In this document: one piece after another, positions 28,375 to 41,894 of the stretch
Position numbering within the stretch: position 1 is the first letter of the stretch
Layout: every line of letters begins with the position of its first letter
DNA from: Eledone cirrhosa
Lineage: Eukaryota
Length of the DNA stretch: 64,000 bases
Direction of reading: 5' to 3'
Assembly: GCA_964016885.1 (NCBI GenBank)
Contig: OZ024740.1
Coordinates: 111,786,001 to 111,850,000 of the forward strand
Translations under genes and position numbers: made by a program
The notes under the pieces: model-generated
The model's input: the letters and a program-made list of their open reading frames with translations, nothing else
What the model was told of the DNA's origin: nothing
Databases searched by the model: none

Positions 28375-28421
28375 CCTGGATAAAATCCTTCTCTTAATGC
28401 TTACCTGTGTTTTCTCTTTTA

Positions 28422-28489
<68 letters not shown>

Positions 28490-29165
28490 GGAAATTTAGT
28501 AAAATCGAATTTCCGGCGGTTTGCAAGCAAATTCGGCCTACTTATATGAAATGATGAGTTAGCAAAGCAATCGATAAGTTAGGTCCTTAGAGTAATAACA
28601 TACGTTTAAATAGCCTGACAAATCGAACATTGTGGTAGGCAAAATCTAACACAATAATATACCAAAGTAACGATAGAGCTAACAGGTTGAGAAAAATACA
28701 CCTGGACAAATCAAACGATTATACGTTTAAAGTGTTTCTTTGTATCCGAAAAATAAATATGGTTTTATAAATATAGTTTCCATTTATTAATATCATTGAT
28801 ATTATACTCCAGGAAAACTGTAGAGTGCTTCGAATCTGTTATCAATATATATAAAACTGAGGATGTCTGTCTGTGTGCGTGTGAGTTTGAATCCCTAAAA
28901 CTCGAGAAGCACCCAACCGACTTTTTCAAACTTTACACATGTAATACTTATGTTTCAGTGAGTGTTCTGAGCAAAAGAAATTTCAAATGTTCAATGCCCT
29001 AGGGAACACATTAGGCAATTTAGCGATCTCTCTCTATAATTCTTAGACTTTCTCTTTTTAGATAGATACATACATATAACTTCGCGCCCTTATAATATCT
29101 GTCTGTATGTCTGTCTGTCTGTCTGCTGATCTATGTGCCGAATCGCCTTGTACTCCGGCATATAC

Positions 29166-29298
<133 letters not shown>

Positions 29299-29660
29299 TT
29301 GCTCCGACGAGGACTGTAAATTTGGCCATGTATTTTACAGCTGGCTGTCCTTCCTAACAACAAACATATTTACAGTGTGGAATGGATGGCTCCGTTGTGA
29401 GGAGGGACAGGCCAATTTGGCGTGCCGAAACCGTCTCAGAGCGGAACCATATGTTTGGAGCCCGATACTGGATGACACAGGTATGAGGAGCCTAACCCAT
29501 CTCACAGCGTGCGCCATAGTTATGGGGCCAGGTACTGGAAGGCACCGCTATGAAGAAGGACAGGCCAGTTGGCCGCGCCGAACCCGTCGACTCACAACGT
29601 AACCATAGTTTGGGGGCCCGGTAGTGGATGACGCTGGTATGGGGATGGAAAAGTGTGGAA

Positions 29661-29715
<55 letters not shown>

Positions 29716-29720
<5 letters not shown>

Positions 29721-29872
29721 AGGCTTCTACAGGACTAGAACTGTTTCATTCAGAAGAAATTATCATTCTAGACCAGTAGAAGCCTTTCTATATTAAATAT
29801 TTATACTCTACTTTGTATTGAATACCTTACTTACTGTGGTTACCCCCGATTGAACACGGGATAAACTTATAT
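29716..29872. mobile_element. Family C pLTR-like fold-back fragment
   Basis: Homologous to 30440-30621; a degenerate piece also occurs at 6093-6141. Confidence 0.7.
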
Positions 29873-30164
29873 ATATATAATGTATAGTCACCGATCATCT
29901 ATGAACAAAGACGAAGGTTACTGTTTCTTTATTTTATTAACCACTGTATTTTAGCTGGTGTTTCTAGCTGTTTGATAGATCACCTTGCCTCGTTAGAGAC
30001 GTCAACTTTGCTTTTCATCTATCCGCAGTCATCGATCAAATACAATACCAGCCAAGTATTGGGGACGTTATAATTGAGTTTTGTCTCCCTTCTAATTGCT
30101 GGCCTTGTGCCCAAACCTAAAACAATTATTATTGGTACTATTAATCCGATATCTTGCACACTGT

Positions 30165-30371
30165 CTTGAACCTGGAGGTTTATCAGGCCGGTGCTTATCC
30201 CGGTTTCCAATGTGTGAAGTGACAGAGAACACAAGACTCCCCACTGGACGGGACAGCAATCCATCGCAAAATGAAACCCCCAGCTATGGCTGGCACTCAT
30301 TTTCAGCTGAGTTGACTGGGGCAACGGAACACACAATTCAGTGATGGAATCGAACCCTCGACATTATGCTC

Positions 30372-30375
<4 letters not shown>
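30165..30375 (-). mobile_element. SINE-like element of a second family
   Basis: Minus strand has a B-box-like gggttcgattcc, followed by ccagtcaactcagctgaaaatgagtgcc and gtcccgtccagtgggg motifs typical of invertebrate core SINEs. Confidence 0.5.
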
Positions 30376-30440
<65 letters not shown>

Positions 30441-30566
30441 CGGGTTCAATCTGGGGTAACCACAGTAAGTAAGGTACTCAATATATAGCAGAGTATAGAT
30501 ACTTGATATAGAAATGGTTTCTACAGGACAAGAACTGTTTCATTCTGGAGAAATCATCAGGAAGCT

Positions 30567-30613
30567 CTTCCTGATGATTTCTCCAGAATGAAACAGTTCT
30601 AGTCCTGTAGAAG
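30567..30613 (+). ncRNA. Type I hammerhead ribozyme (family C); mirror copy 30518-30564 minus
   Basis: cttc-CTGATGA-tttc(tcca)gaat-GAAA-cag(ttctagtc)ctgt-a-gaag; GUA site. Confidence 0.75.
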
Positions 30614-30683
30614 CCATTTCTCTCTCTCTCTCTCTGTATATATATATATATATATATACACGTATACACATGTACACATATAC

Positions 30684-30748
<65 letters not shown>

Positions 30749-31190
30749 CTCTTTCCTTCCCCGTCTCACCATTTCTCTCCCTTTCTCTTTCTCTCTCTCT
30801 CCATCAGAATAAGGAATAATGCATGTACACGGAAATAATATCCACACATCCACACATACACTGGCTCATTCTTTTCGAAATCAATCTATATTTCCAGTAG
30901 GGGTTACATCTCAATATTTCCTTACTCATTCCTCCTGATGACAGGCCCTCGAAGTAAGCCTCAGGAAAGAAGAAAAAAGAGACCCTGACCAAACCCTTAC
31001 AATTTCTTGATGAGTGGTCACGTGATTCATCACCATACACTATTTAGGGGTTGATCAGAACCAGAGATCTTTTAATATCTTTTGCCCTATTTCTTTTCTG
31101 TAAAATACTTTTTTTCTCTTTCTATTTTGATCGATGAGAAAATGATACTATACACAAGATTATTTCAAATGTAGAAAATTATATATTACG

Positions 31191-31277
<87 letters not shown>

Positions 31278-31305
31278 GAATTTGCATGTATGTATATATT
31301 TATAT

Positions 31306-31374
<69 letters not shown>

Positions 31375-31829
31375 TTTGCATATATTTATATGCATATATT
31401 TATATATATATATATGTATATATACATAAACATACACACACAGACATGAGTATACATAGACACACATTCCCTAACTTATAAGATATAGGGGTAAGGAAGA
31501 AAGGGATTCTCGTATGTTGTGCCATCCTTAGATTCATCGTTCTCTCAGTATGCAACATTTAATCCAACCCCTATGCAAATAATCATCTCTACAGAGACCA
31601 CACACATTCGCACTAACACTTCCACTACATACATACATACATAACACTACGTGACATACATATACACATATAATTGCCCCCTTCTTAAATTTTTCAACAT
31701 TGTTGTTAAACAATTTTTTTGTTCATGTTATTCATTCAGATGAGTATCATATGTAAATCATAATATAATTCTGGCAAATAATGTAAATATAGGAATATAT
31801 ATGATATATATATAGATGGATACATACAA

Positions 31830-31929
<100 letters not shown>

Positions 31930-32031
31930 GTGTGTGTGTATATATAGATATATCAAATATTCAACATGTCAAATGCTCATTTTATAATGACATATTGAAC
32001 ATCTATATATGTGTGTATATATATGTGTGTG

Positions 32032-32104
<73 letters not shown>

Positions 32105-32253
32105 ATGTACATATATATATATATAAGAAATACATTTCAATGAGTAGATGATAATAAACATATCAATCTACATCTTTACCTTTTCGACTGATACATGTAA
32201 CATCGAAATGATATACTTAGGTGTGTGTGTATGAATGTATATATTACACACAT

Positions 32254-32284
<31 letters not shown>

Positions 32285-32886
32285 CCTGTATGCATTTATA
32301 AGTATGCATATCCACTTACATACATATGCATATATATATTCAATCATTTATATGCACATATATATATTCCCACATACTTACATATATGTACATATGCGTA
32401 TTTCTATATATATCTATATACTTATACGTAACTCTATATCCTAGTTAAACAGTCAGGCATTTTTACATTTATTTATTTCTTCCAAGATTATATCTTCATC
32501 AAATACTGACAGTAGTATAAACCGTGTAAACCTGCCATTTAACCGGACATGACCAACGATCACTGAAGTTAAGTATTAGTCATATGGTAAGGTAATACAT
32601 TCCCAACATGTGTGACTCCTCACAGGCTGGTCTTGTTTTAAGCCCTTTGTGTGTGTGTGTATATATATATATTCCAGTGCCCTTTGTGTGTGTGTGTGTG
32701 TAGTGTGTGTGTATATATATATATATATAGATAGATAGATAGATAGATATATAGATAGATAGATATTAGTATAAAAAAATGAAAAGTCAGTGATGCATCT
32801 GGACTCAGTATATATATATATATACTGAGTCCAGATGCATCACTGATTTTTCATATATATATATATATATATATCACTGATTTTTC

Positions 32887-33027
<141 letters not shown>

Positions 33028-33110
33028 GAGAGAAGGTAAGAACCTCAATGTATTTAAAGTTGTTTCTGCGTCTGATTTACTTACTTCATCAGAGTTTCAT
33101 TATTCCTCAC

Positions 33111-33204
<94 letters not shown>

Positions 33205-33425
33205 TCTCTCTCTCTCTGTTTCATTTAGGCATCATGTTATCATGCAACAAGAAAGGAAGTTATTTGAATCTTGGTGTCTCATATTTTCATTGATATATAG
33301 AGATACATTGGCAATTACCAGTTTTTATTATTTGACCATTGTTCATTTACGTACTCAGTACTTAGGAAAGTAGAGTGTAGTTTTTGCAAAGAACTCAGCC
33401 GTCGAGCAGTAACTCTTTACAATAC

Positions 33426-33461
<36 letters not shown>

Positions 33462-33653
33462 ACAGGGAGAAAGAGACGATTATTAGAAAGAAAAATGTAT
33501 TTTCTTCCTTTTTTATTTATTTCTCTCTTTTTTCTGGGTTAGAAAATGATTAAAACGAAATGTTTTACTTTGTGTGAAGTGTTAAGGTATTAGTTGATTT
33601 ATTTATTATTTAACAATGGCATTTATTTATCTATTTATATATTTAATAATTGT

Positions 33654-33695
33654 CTATTACCGGTTTCAGCATTTTTATACATTATCAAATGATAG
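33654..33695 (-). ncRNA. Minimal hammerhead motif with U3-A8 core
   Basis: cat-TTGATAA-tgtat(aaaa)atgct-GAAA-ccggt-a-atag; stem I weak. Confidence 0.5.
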
Positions 33696-33776
33696 TGATA
33701 TGTATTAGTGTGGTGTCGCACATGTTAAAGAGAAGGTGCAGAAAGAATGTTATTTACAAACAAGGTTTATGACGTG

Positions 33777-33936
33777 AAAAGAAAAAAGAAAAAAGAAAAA
33801 AGAAAAAAGAAAAAAGAAAAAAGAAAAAAGAAAAAAGAAAAAAGAAAAAAGAATAAAGAAAAAAGAAAAAAGAAAAAAGAAAAAAGAAAAAAGAAAAAAA
33901 GAAAAAAGAAAAAAGAAAAAAGAAAAAGAAAAAAAA
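33777..33936. repeat. (AAAAAAG)n purine tract
   Basis: Directly visible. Confidence 0.95.
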
Positions 33937-36149
33937 CGGGCGTAATGTAGAGCATAAAAAGTCAATGTGGAAGAAAAAATAATGTTATTTACAGGCATAG
34001 TTCTTGAAGTTAAGCAGATCGAAATGTGTTAATATAGCAAGAGTGCTTAGTTGATCCATGATTCCATGATGGAGGCAAATGGTGGACTGAGGTCCATATA
34101 TATACAGCTGACTTCTGCAGTATTCGTCTAACAAATTTCCCTCACACAGCATTGGTCAATCCGGGATCATAGGAGAAACCACGAACCCAATATTCCGCGC
34201 CTTAATCACACAACCATGTCTTTGCCTATATCTATATTTTCCAAATGACATCTATAATTTCGAGCATATCAAGTCGCATTCTCTTTCTTTCCTTTCGTCG
34301 ACGCTCGAATTAGGGGTCTGCACGCAGAAGTGAACCATTGAGATTTTTTTTTTCTTTTTGTTAACCTCGGACTTTTTAAGGTTTATATCTAGAACTCTAT
34401 ATGATAAAAAGAAGTGGGCCATAGTTCCTTTCTTATCCAGAGATGGAAAAGCTGAGCCGATGATGCCTTCCAGGGTATACGAGGCGAATGCCAGGAAACT
34501 ATGCCAGGAAACAGAGCAGACTTGGTTCTAATGTTATCCACCTAACTTTCTCGGGTTCTACCCCAGAGTCTCCAGCCGGTTGGTTGAGCCCGTAAAATAT
34601 ATCAAGAGATTCTTTCCTGAGACATTTTAACCACATGTCCATAATATCAGAGATGTGAACTCTCAATTCTATCTGAAGCGAGACTCTGAACTCCAAGATA
34701 CGCACTCAATCAAATAACGTTACTCCAAAGACCCTTCGGAGGAACCCCAATTCGGTTGTTTTTATTCGCGATTGTATTCTTTCGGTCATTACCCATCATT
34801 ACTGTATAATTTGCATAATTACAAAAGTGAGCCAAGGGGAGTATTGTAAGCTAGCTGATACCATGAATTCACGCAGGTAGCGACGTACTGAATGTTGTGT
34901 ACAAAAGTTCTAAATTAATTGATATAATTTTGTTAGCTGCAAAACTAACTCTAACTTTTTAAAAATTTAAGAATTACGTTTAAAGAAATGAATTTTCACG
35001 CTTATGAGGAAACTCTGGTTTTTGTTGCCAGGCAAATCCTTGGTTAGTTTTAATGGTCAATAGGTGAGATTATATTATCACTCCATCAACAGTATCCCAA
35101 CCACCAGCATTGCCATCATTATAACCACCGCTACAAGCACCTCCACTGTTACAACAGCCACTCACCACTACCACCTCTACCAACGACAAAACTACGACCA
35201 CAACCAGCATCGACACATCTACCACCACCAGGAACACCTCTACACAACCCTACCACCATAAGTATTATAACCACTACGAATGCTCTCACCACCACCTATA
35301 CCTAAATCAAAACAGTAGTCCCCAGTTTCTCCAAGAAGCCCTACACACACATACTGAAACACACAAACTCATACACACACAAACATACCTATATACATAC
35401 ATATATTCATTCTTGACAAACAGTAGTAAACATTAATCATTCAGGACTCATCAATCATGGCTGTCTAATCATTAATGATTCGTTAGTGATGGTGGTGGTG
35501 GTGGCAGTAATTGTTGTTATAGTGGTGGTGGTGGTGGTGGTGGTGGTAGTTGTAGTGGTCTTGTGGTAGTGATGTACTGATAGCTGTGATATTGGTTGTG
35601 GTTTCAGTTGTAGCAGTGGGAGGAAGGGGTGATGCGGACGATGATGGTAGTAATAATTTTATTGGTGCAGGTTTTGGTATTGGTGATGTTGGCGAGGATG
35701 ATTTTAATGATAATTATGGCGATATGGATGTGGTTTATATTGCTGCATTTTTTGTTTTTGTTTTTATTTAGATGCTGTTGTTGCTGATTCGGCCCAAATC
35801 CGCCCTCACCAGAGACATACCAAGGGCATCGCTTTTAATGTTCAAACACTCTATAACAGAACAACATTTATAATAACGGTATCATGGGTGATCTAATAAT
35901 CTTCTTTTCCTTCTTCTTTTTTTTGGCGGCTTATATAATATCTTATTTTTTAAATACATATATTTATTTAATAGTTTCAATCCTTAAACTGCGACCATGC
36001 TGGAGCACCATCTTGATTTAATCGATCATATTGACTCCAGTACTTATATTTTTAAGTCTGGTACTTAATTTGTCGATCACCTTTATGTCGAGACGTTAAG
36101 TTGCTGGGTTTCGTCATAGACACGAAGGAAAAGATAAACACACACATGC

Positions 36150-36243
<94 letters not shown>

Positions 36244-36276
36244 TATATAATATATATATATATATATAATATATAT

Positions 36277-36442
<166 letters not shown>

Positions 36443-36566
36443 TATATTCATTAGTTAAGCAAAACAAGACCACAAATTTCACAAGGAAGGCCTTATTAAA
36501 AGATTGTCAACATATTTTAGTTTGATGTAAGGAATGTAGAGAATAATAATAATAATATTAATAATA

Positions 36567-36760
36567 ATTGTTTCTACTTTAGGCACAAGGCCAGCAATTA
36601 CCCAGTGCATTACTGGTACTTTATTTTATCGACCCCGTAAGGATGAAAGGCAAAGTCAACCTCGGCGGGATTTGACTTTGCCTTTCATCCTCACGGGGTC
36701 GATAAAATAAAGTACCAGTATTAATAATAATAATGTCCGTTTAAAATAAAGTACCAATAT
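36567..36760. mobile_element. SINE 3' part with internal fold-back, inserted in the (TAA)n of the PLE left arm
   Basis: Minus SINE 36567-36675 is followed by an inverted copy of its core. Absent from the right arm (39064-39092). Confidence 0.8.
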
Positions 36761-37447
36761 TAATACTAATAATGTCCGTTTACAATTGTTTCGCTACTCC
36801 AGATAATATTTCTGGATCAGATAACTATATATCATTATTGATCTGGTTCAGTTGAAAATAATTAACATATTTAAAAACAGAGCGGCTCATCGGAACTTCA
36901 AAGGAATATAAATTCAAATAAGGAGTGAATGTTACATAATGTAGTGTTCCATATATTGGTGTTTCACTATGGTGTCCTGGGTGTATCAGTTGTCAGCCAT
37001 AATCAAGCAGTATTCATCTGTCGAGGCTGCATTGTGTGAGATCTGCCTAAGGGTAACAAGATGGCCACCAAAGGACATATTTACCTAACAAATTAGAGGG
37101 TGGTTTCAGGAGAAGTAACTCAAGAGATTAGAAATTGTGGGTAGTTTATAGTTAAGTGCTAATTTTTAAACTTTTTTAATTGAGAGACAATGTAGGGGAG
37201 GTAACTTATAATTATCTAAGTTAGTTATAGCTATTTAACTTATTAGCTACAAGTGAAAATGGGGCTAGATGACTATGTTGGGTCAAATATTCTATTGGCG
37301 AAGGAATTAGCCTTTCGATGTTGACAGCTAATAGTTACCACCGTTCTATCGTTAATCGGTAGAGGTCATGATAGAGTTATGTAATATGCTCCAGCAATAC
37401 AGAGATCACAAGATTTTCTTCGTCCATTGAGCGGTTGGGCCCTAGCT

Positions 37448-38561
37448 CTCTCTGAATCTGGTTATGAACAATCCATTTACTACATACCTAAATGCCATAA
37501 CACAGCAATTCACCATAATAAACTTAACATTACAACTAGAAATACCTTAGCATATAGCCAGATTCGCCGGAATTTTAGCAGTAACAGCACCTACACAGGG
37601 AAGTTTAATGGTGGCAGCGGCCTGCTCCCCACTCCAAGTAGCAAACTAAAAATCAACCCTAGAATAGGAATGAGAAATGGGATGACAAATAACCAATCCC
37701 CAGGTAATAATAACCCTAGGAAGGCGCCTACCAACTCCACTAGAACCCCTAGAAGGAATAGACCTAGAAATATCACCTGGCTTAACCCCCCATTCTCATC
37801 TAATCTAGCCACTAATATCCCTAAACGTTTCTTCTCTATCCTATCTAAACATTTTCCCCCCAACCATAGATATTACAAACTCTTTAATAAAAAAAACAAT
37901 AAAATCTCATTCTCCACAACACCGAACCTAGTTAGCCACATCGCATTCAGTAACCATCATAGACTAAGACAGTATAACTCCCACACCGCGGTACCACCAC
38001 CCCTATCAAATACACACACGCCCCTACACCAATAATTACTCTAGTATCACACCTCCCCCATCTAATCCTTCTAGCACTGACCAACCGCTTAGGTTAAATT
38101 ACCCTACTCTCACTAACCGCAGAAGCAACTGCAACTGCCGTTACCCTAATGCATGCCCATTAAATGGACAATGCCTGACACCCAACATAGTCTATAGGTG
38201 CACGGTTAAAACTGCTTTGAATACCAGATCTTATATCGGGTCTATCTCTAGCCCTTTTAAGCTCCGCTATAACGCACACTCTTTTTCCTTCCGAGACCCT
38301 AGCAACAGATGTTCGACATCTCTAGCTAGGCTCATTAAAAACCTTAAATTAAGCAACATTGAACACTCACTAAAATGGGATATCGTAGCTAGAGCCCAAC
38401 CGTTCAATGGACGAAGAAAATCTTGTGATCTCTGTATTACTGAAGCATATTACATAACTCTATCACGACCTCTACCGATTAACAATAGAACGGAGGTAAC
38501 TATTAGCTGTCAACATCGAAGGGCTAATTCCTTCGCCAATAGAATATTTGACCCAACATAG
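37448..38561 (+). pseudogene. PLE thumb/linker + GIY-YIG endonuclease, frameshifted
   Basis: RNITWLNPPFS, HFPPNHRYYKLFNK, KISFSTTPNL, CNCRYPNACPLNGQC, IVYRC..YIGS..FKLRYNAH, CDLCITE, SCQH. Confidence 0.9.
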
Positions 38562-38940
38562 TCATCTAGCCTCATTTTCACTTGTAGCTAATAAGTTAAA
38601 TAGCTATAACTAACTTAGATAATTATAAGTTACCTCCCCTACATTGTCTCTCAATTAAAAAAGTTTAAAAATTAGCACTTAACTATAAACTACCCACAAT
38701 TTCCAATCTCTTGAGGAGCTACTTCCCCTGAAACCACCCTCTAATTAGTAAGGTAAATATGTCATTTGGCGGCCATCTTGTTACCCATAGGCAGATCTCA
38801 CACAATGCAGCCTCGACAGATGAATACTGCTTGATTATGGCTGACAACTGATACAACCAGGACACCATAGTGAAACACCAATATATGGAACACTACATTA
38901 TGTAACATTCTCTCCTTATTTTAATTGATATTCCTTTGAA

Positions 38941-39059
38941 GTTCCGATGAGCCGCTCTGTTTTTAAATATGTTAATTATTTTCAACTGAACCAGATCAAT
39001 AATGATATATAGTCATCTGATCCAGAAATATTATCTGGAGTAGCGAAACAATTGTAAAC
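38941..39059 (+). ncRNA. Hammerhead motif with CCGATGA core and a stem II region of about 94 nt (mirror 36778-36896 minus)
   Basis: gtt-CCGATGA-gccgctct...ggagtagc-GAAA-caattgt-a-aac. The same core is present in both arms. Confidence 0.7.
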
Positions 39060-39367
39060 GGACATTATTATTATTAATATTATTATTATTATTCTCTACA
39101 TTCCTTACATCAAACTAAAATATGTTGACAATCTTTTAATAATGTCTTCCTTGTGAAATTTGTGGTCTCGTTTTACTTAACTAATGAATATTTCCAGCTC
39201 TGCGCACCTAACTTCTGCATGAACCCAGCCACTTAGCTGCTTTCTACTCCATATTGCACATCGAGCACATGCCTTTACGCTTTGGCTTCTAACTAATTCA
39301 CCAATCTATCTTCTCCTATCTCCTCTCCTATCTCTATCTCTCTCTTTAAGATTGGTTACTCTTGAAC

Positions 39368-39406
<39 letters not shown>

Positions 39407-39604
39407 GTGTGAGGGGGTGTACAGTTATAACCATCTACCCCTCAATTAGAACGAAAACAAATCCAAACCAAACCTATGCCGCCGCGAGCTCAAGCAAAGG
39501 AAAACTACTGTCATACGATCAACCCTGCTGCCAACACCGTACCACCATTAGCCTTTAAACTTGTCCTTTAAAACCATATGCCAGCTCTCACAGCCAAGCT
39601 GTAA

Positions 39605-39760
39605 ACAGCCTGCACCGATTACTGGTAAGGAGTTGACGGACGTCAACGCGGTGACAACCAGCCTGCATCCATTACTGGTAAGGTGTCGTACATCAACAGA
39701 CTGTGACAACCAACCTGCATCCATTACAAGTAAAGAGTTGTCGGGCAACAACAGGCTTTA
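39605..39760. repeat. About 3 diverged tandem copies of a roughly 53-bp unit
   Basis: cagcctgcaccgattactggtaagg / cagcctgcatccattactggtaagg / caacctgcatccattacaagtaaag. Confidence 0.7.
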
Positions 39761-40522
39761 GCTAGCGTATGAAGTAAATTCTATATCACTCTGCAGCGAC
39801 TATGATCCTGTTACGTAAATGGCATTGTACTTACACATAGTACAACAATTAGAAATTACCACCGGCCCGTAAGTCTTATAAAGCTGACCTGGTATATACA
39901 CACACCATCGCTAACCTCATGCTCAACCACCCGACCCAGAGCTAACAGAGAACCTGCAATCACCTATAATCTAATCGAAATACTATCCTACATATCGAAC
40001 TACGAAACTGATATATTGCATAAGACGGACTGCTGCAGTTTCTCTCTGCCAAATTCTACTCTCACCCTGAAGCTTTTTTAAAACACATTTTCTCACGATA
40101 TCACGCAACGCTGAACTACGTGTTTACAGAGCGGACCCGTTAACCACAGAGCCATGCCTCAAAATAGTTCCCTGTCGTTCTTTCTTATGTTCAAACATTG
40201 AATCCTGAGACCAACCCTATAACTATATATCACACATCGTTGCGTATATGTGGAGGAAAATTTGTAATAAGGGAATCAACAAGTATTTGTATTTTGGAAA
40301 CATGACATCGCGCCATCTATCGGATTCCAGTAGAAGCAAGGGTGGGTAACTTTCGACGATGAATATCGTTTCTGACTCGTTACCTGGTTATTATTCTGGT
40401 CATTATCAAGACAGCGTCCCCCTAGCCTGTACTCTGCGGGAACTCAATATACATAGCCACTTGTTTACTTGGTGGAGTGTACTATCCTGCATACAATAGT
40501 GTCGGTGATTAACTAACACATA

Positions 40523-41155
<633 letters not shown>

Positions 41156-41163
41156 ATATATAT

Positions 41164-41212
<49 letters not shown>

Positions 41213-41394
41213 CATATATATACAAATATATATATAATATAGAGAAGAAAACACAGTAGAGAGAGTGTGTGTTTATCAATGTACATGGAATACCACTAGC
41301 GTATGGAACCTATAAACTAAGAAAGGTGAGGTAGTTACATTATAATTAAAAACATAAATTAGAATGAATTTACCAACCCTATAACTATATATCA

Positions 41395-41473
41395 CACACG
41401 TACAAACTGAGAGAGATTGTTTCGCCAGAAAATTAGTGTTTGGATTGAACTCACCCAGGTTCATCAGCGTGTG
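41395..41473 (-). ncRNA. Type I hammerhead ribozyme motif
   Basis: cacacg-CTGATGA-acctgg...ctggc-GAAA-caa...ttgt-a-cgtgtg. Stem I is a perfect 6 bp; stem II is degenerate. Confidence 0.65.
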
Positions 41474-41809
41474 GTAGGTGAATACATTCCAAACGACCCT
41501 AAGAGAACTCAAAATAACTGCATTGCAACACGTGGGAGAGAGAAGGATTTGCGTTTATGAGACAGTAAACCAGTGGCTTGGGTGGGATGAGCTGCTAGAA
41601 ATGGCAGCCCAAAACTACTCAAATTAATGTGCGCAACAAAACAGAGAGAGAAGACCGTTCTTAGGAGCAATATATCAATATAAAGTAACGGAGTCAGAAA
41701 CTCGCGTTTCGTGGAGAACTCGGGATTCGTTTTCCTTTGAGCTCATGGATTACAGGGACTAACGCGAGTTCCTGTCTCCGTTACTTTATTTATATATATA
41801 TATATATAT

Positions 41810-41887
<78 letters not shown>

Positions 41888-41894
41888 CTTTATT

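Larger units (their letters stand above)
36445..39375 (+). mobile_element. 5'-truncated Penelope-like element with about 0.8-kb inverted 5' arm
   Basis: 36445-37447, minus a SINE insert, is the reverse complement of 38386-39190. The long arm continues to about 39375. Flanked by (TA)n. Confidence 0.9.
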
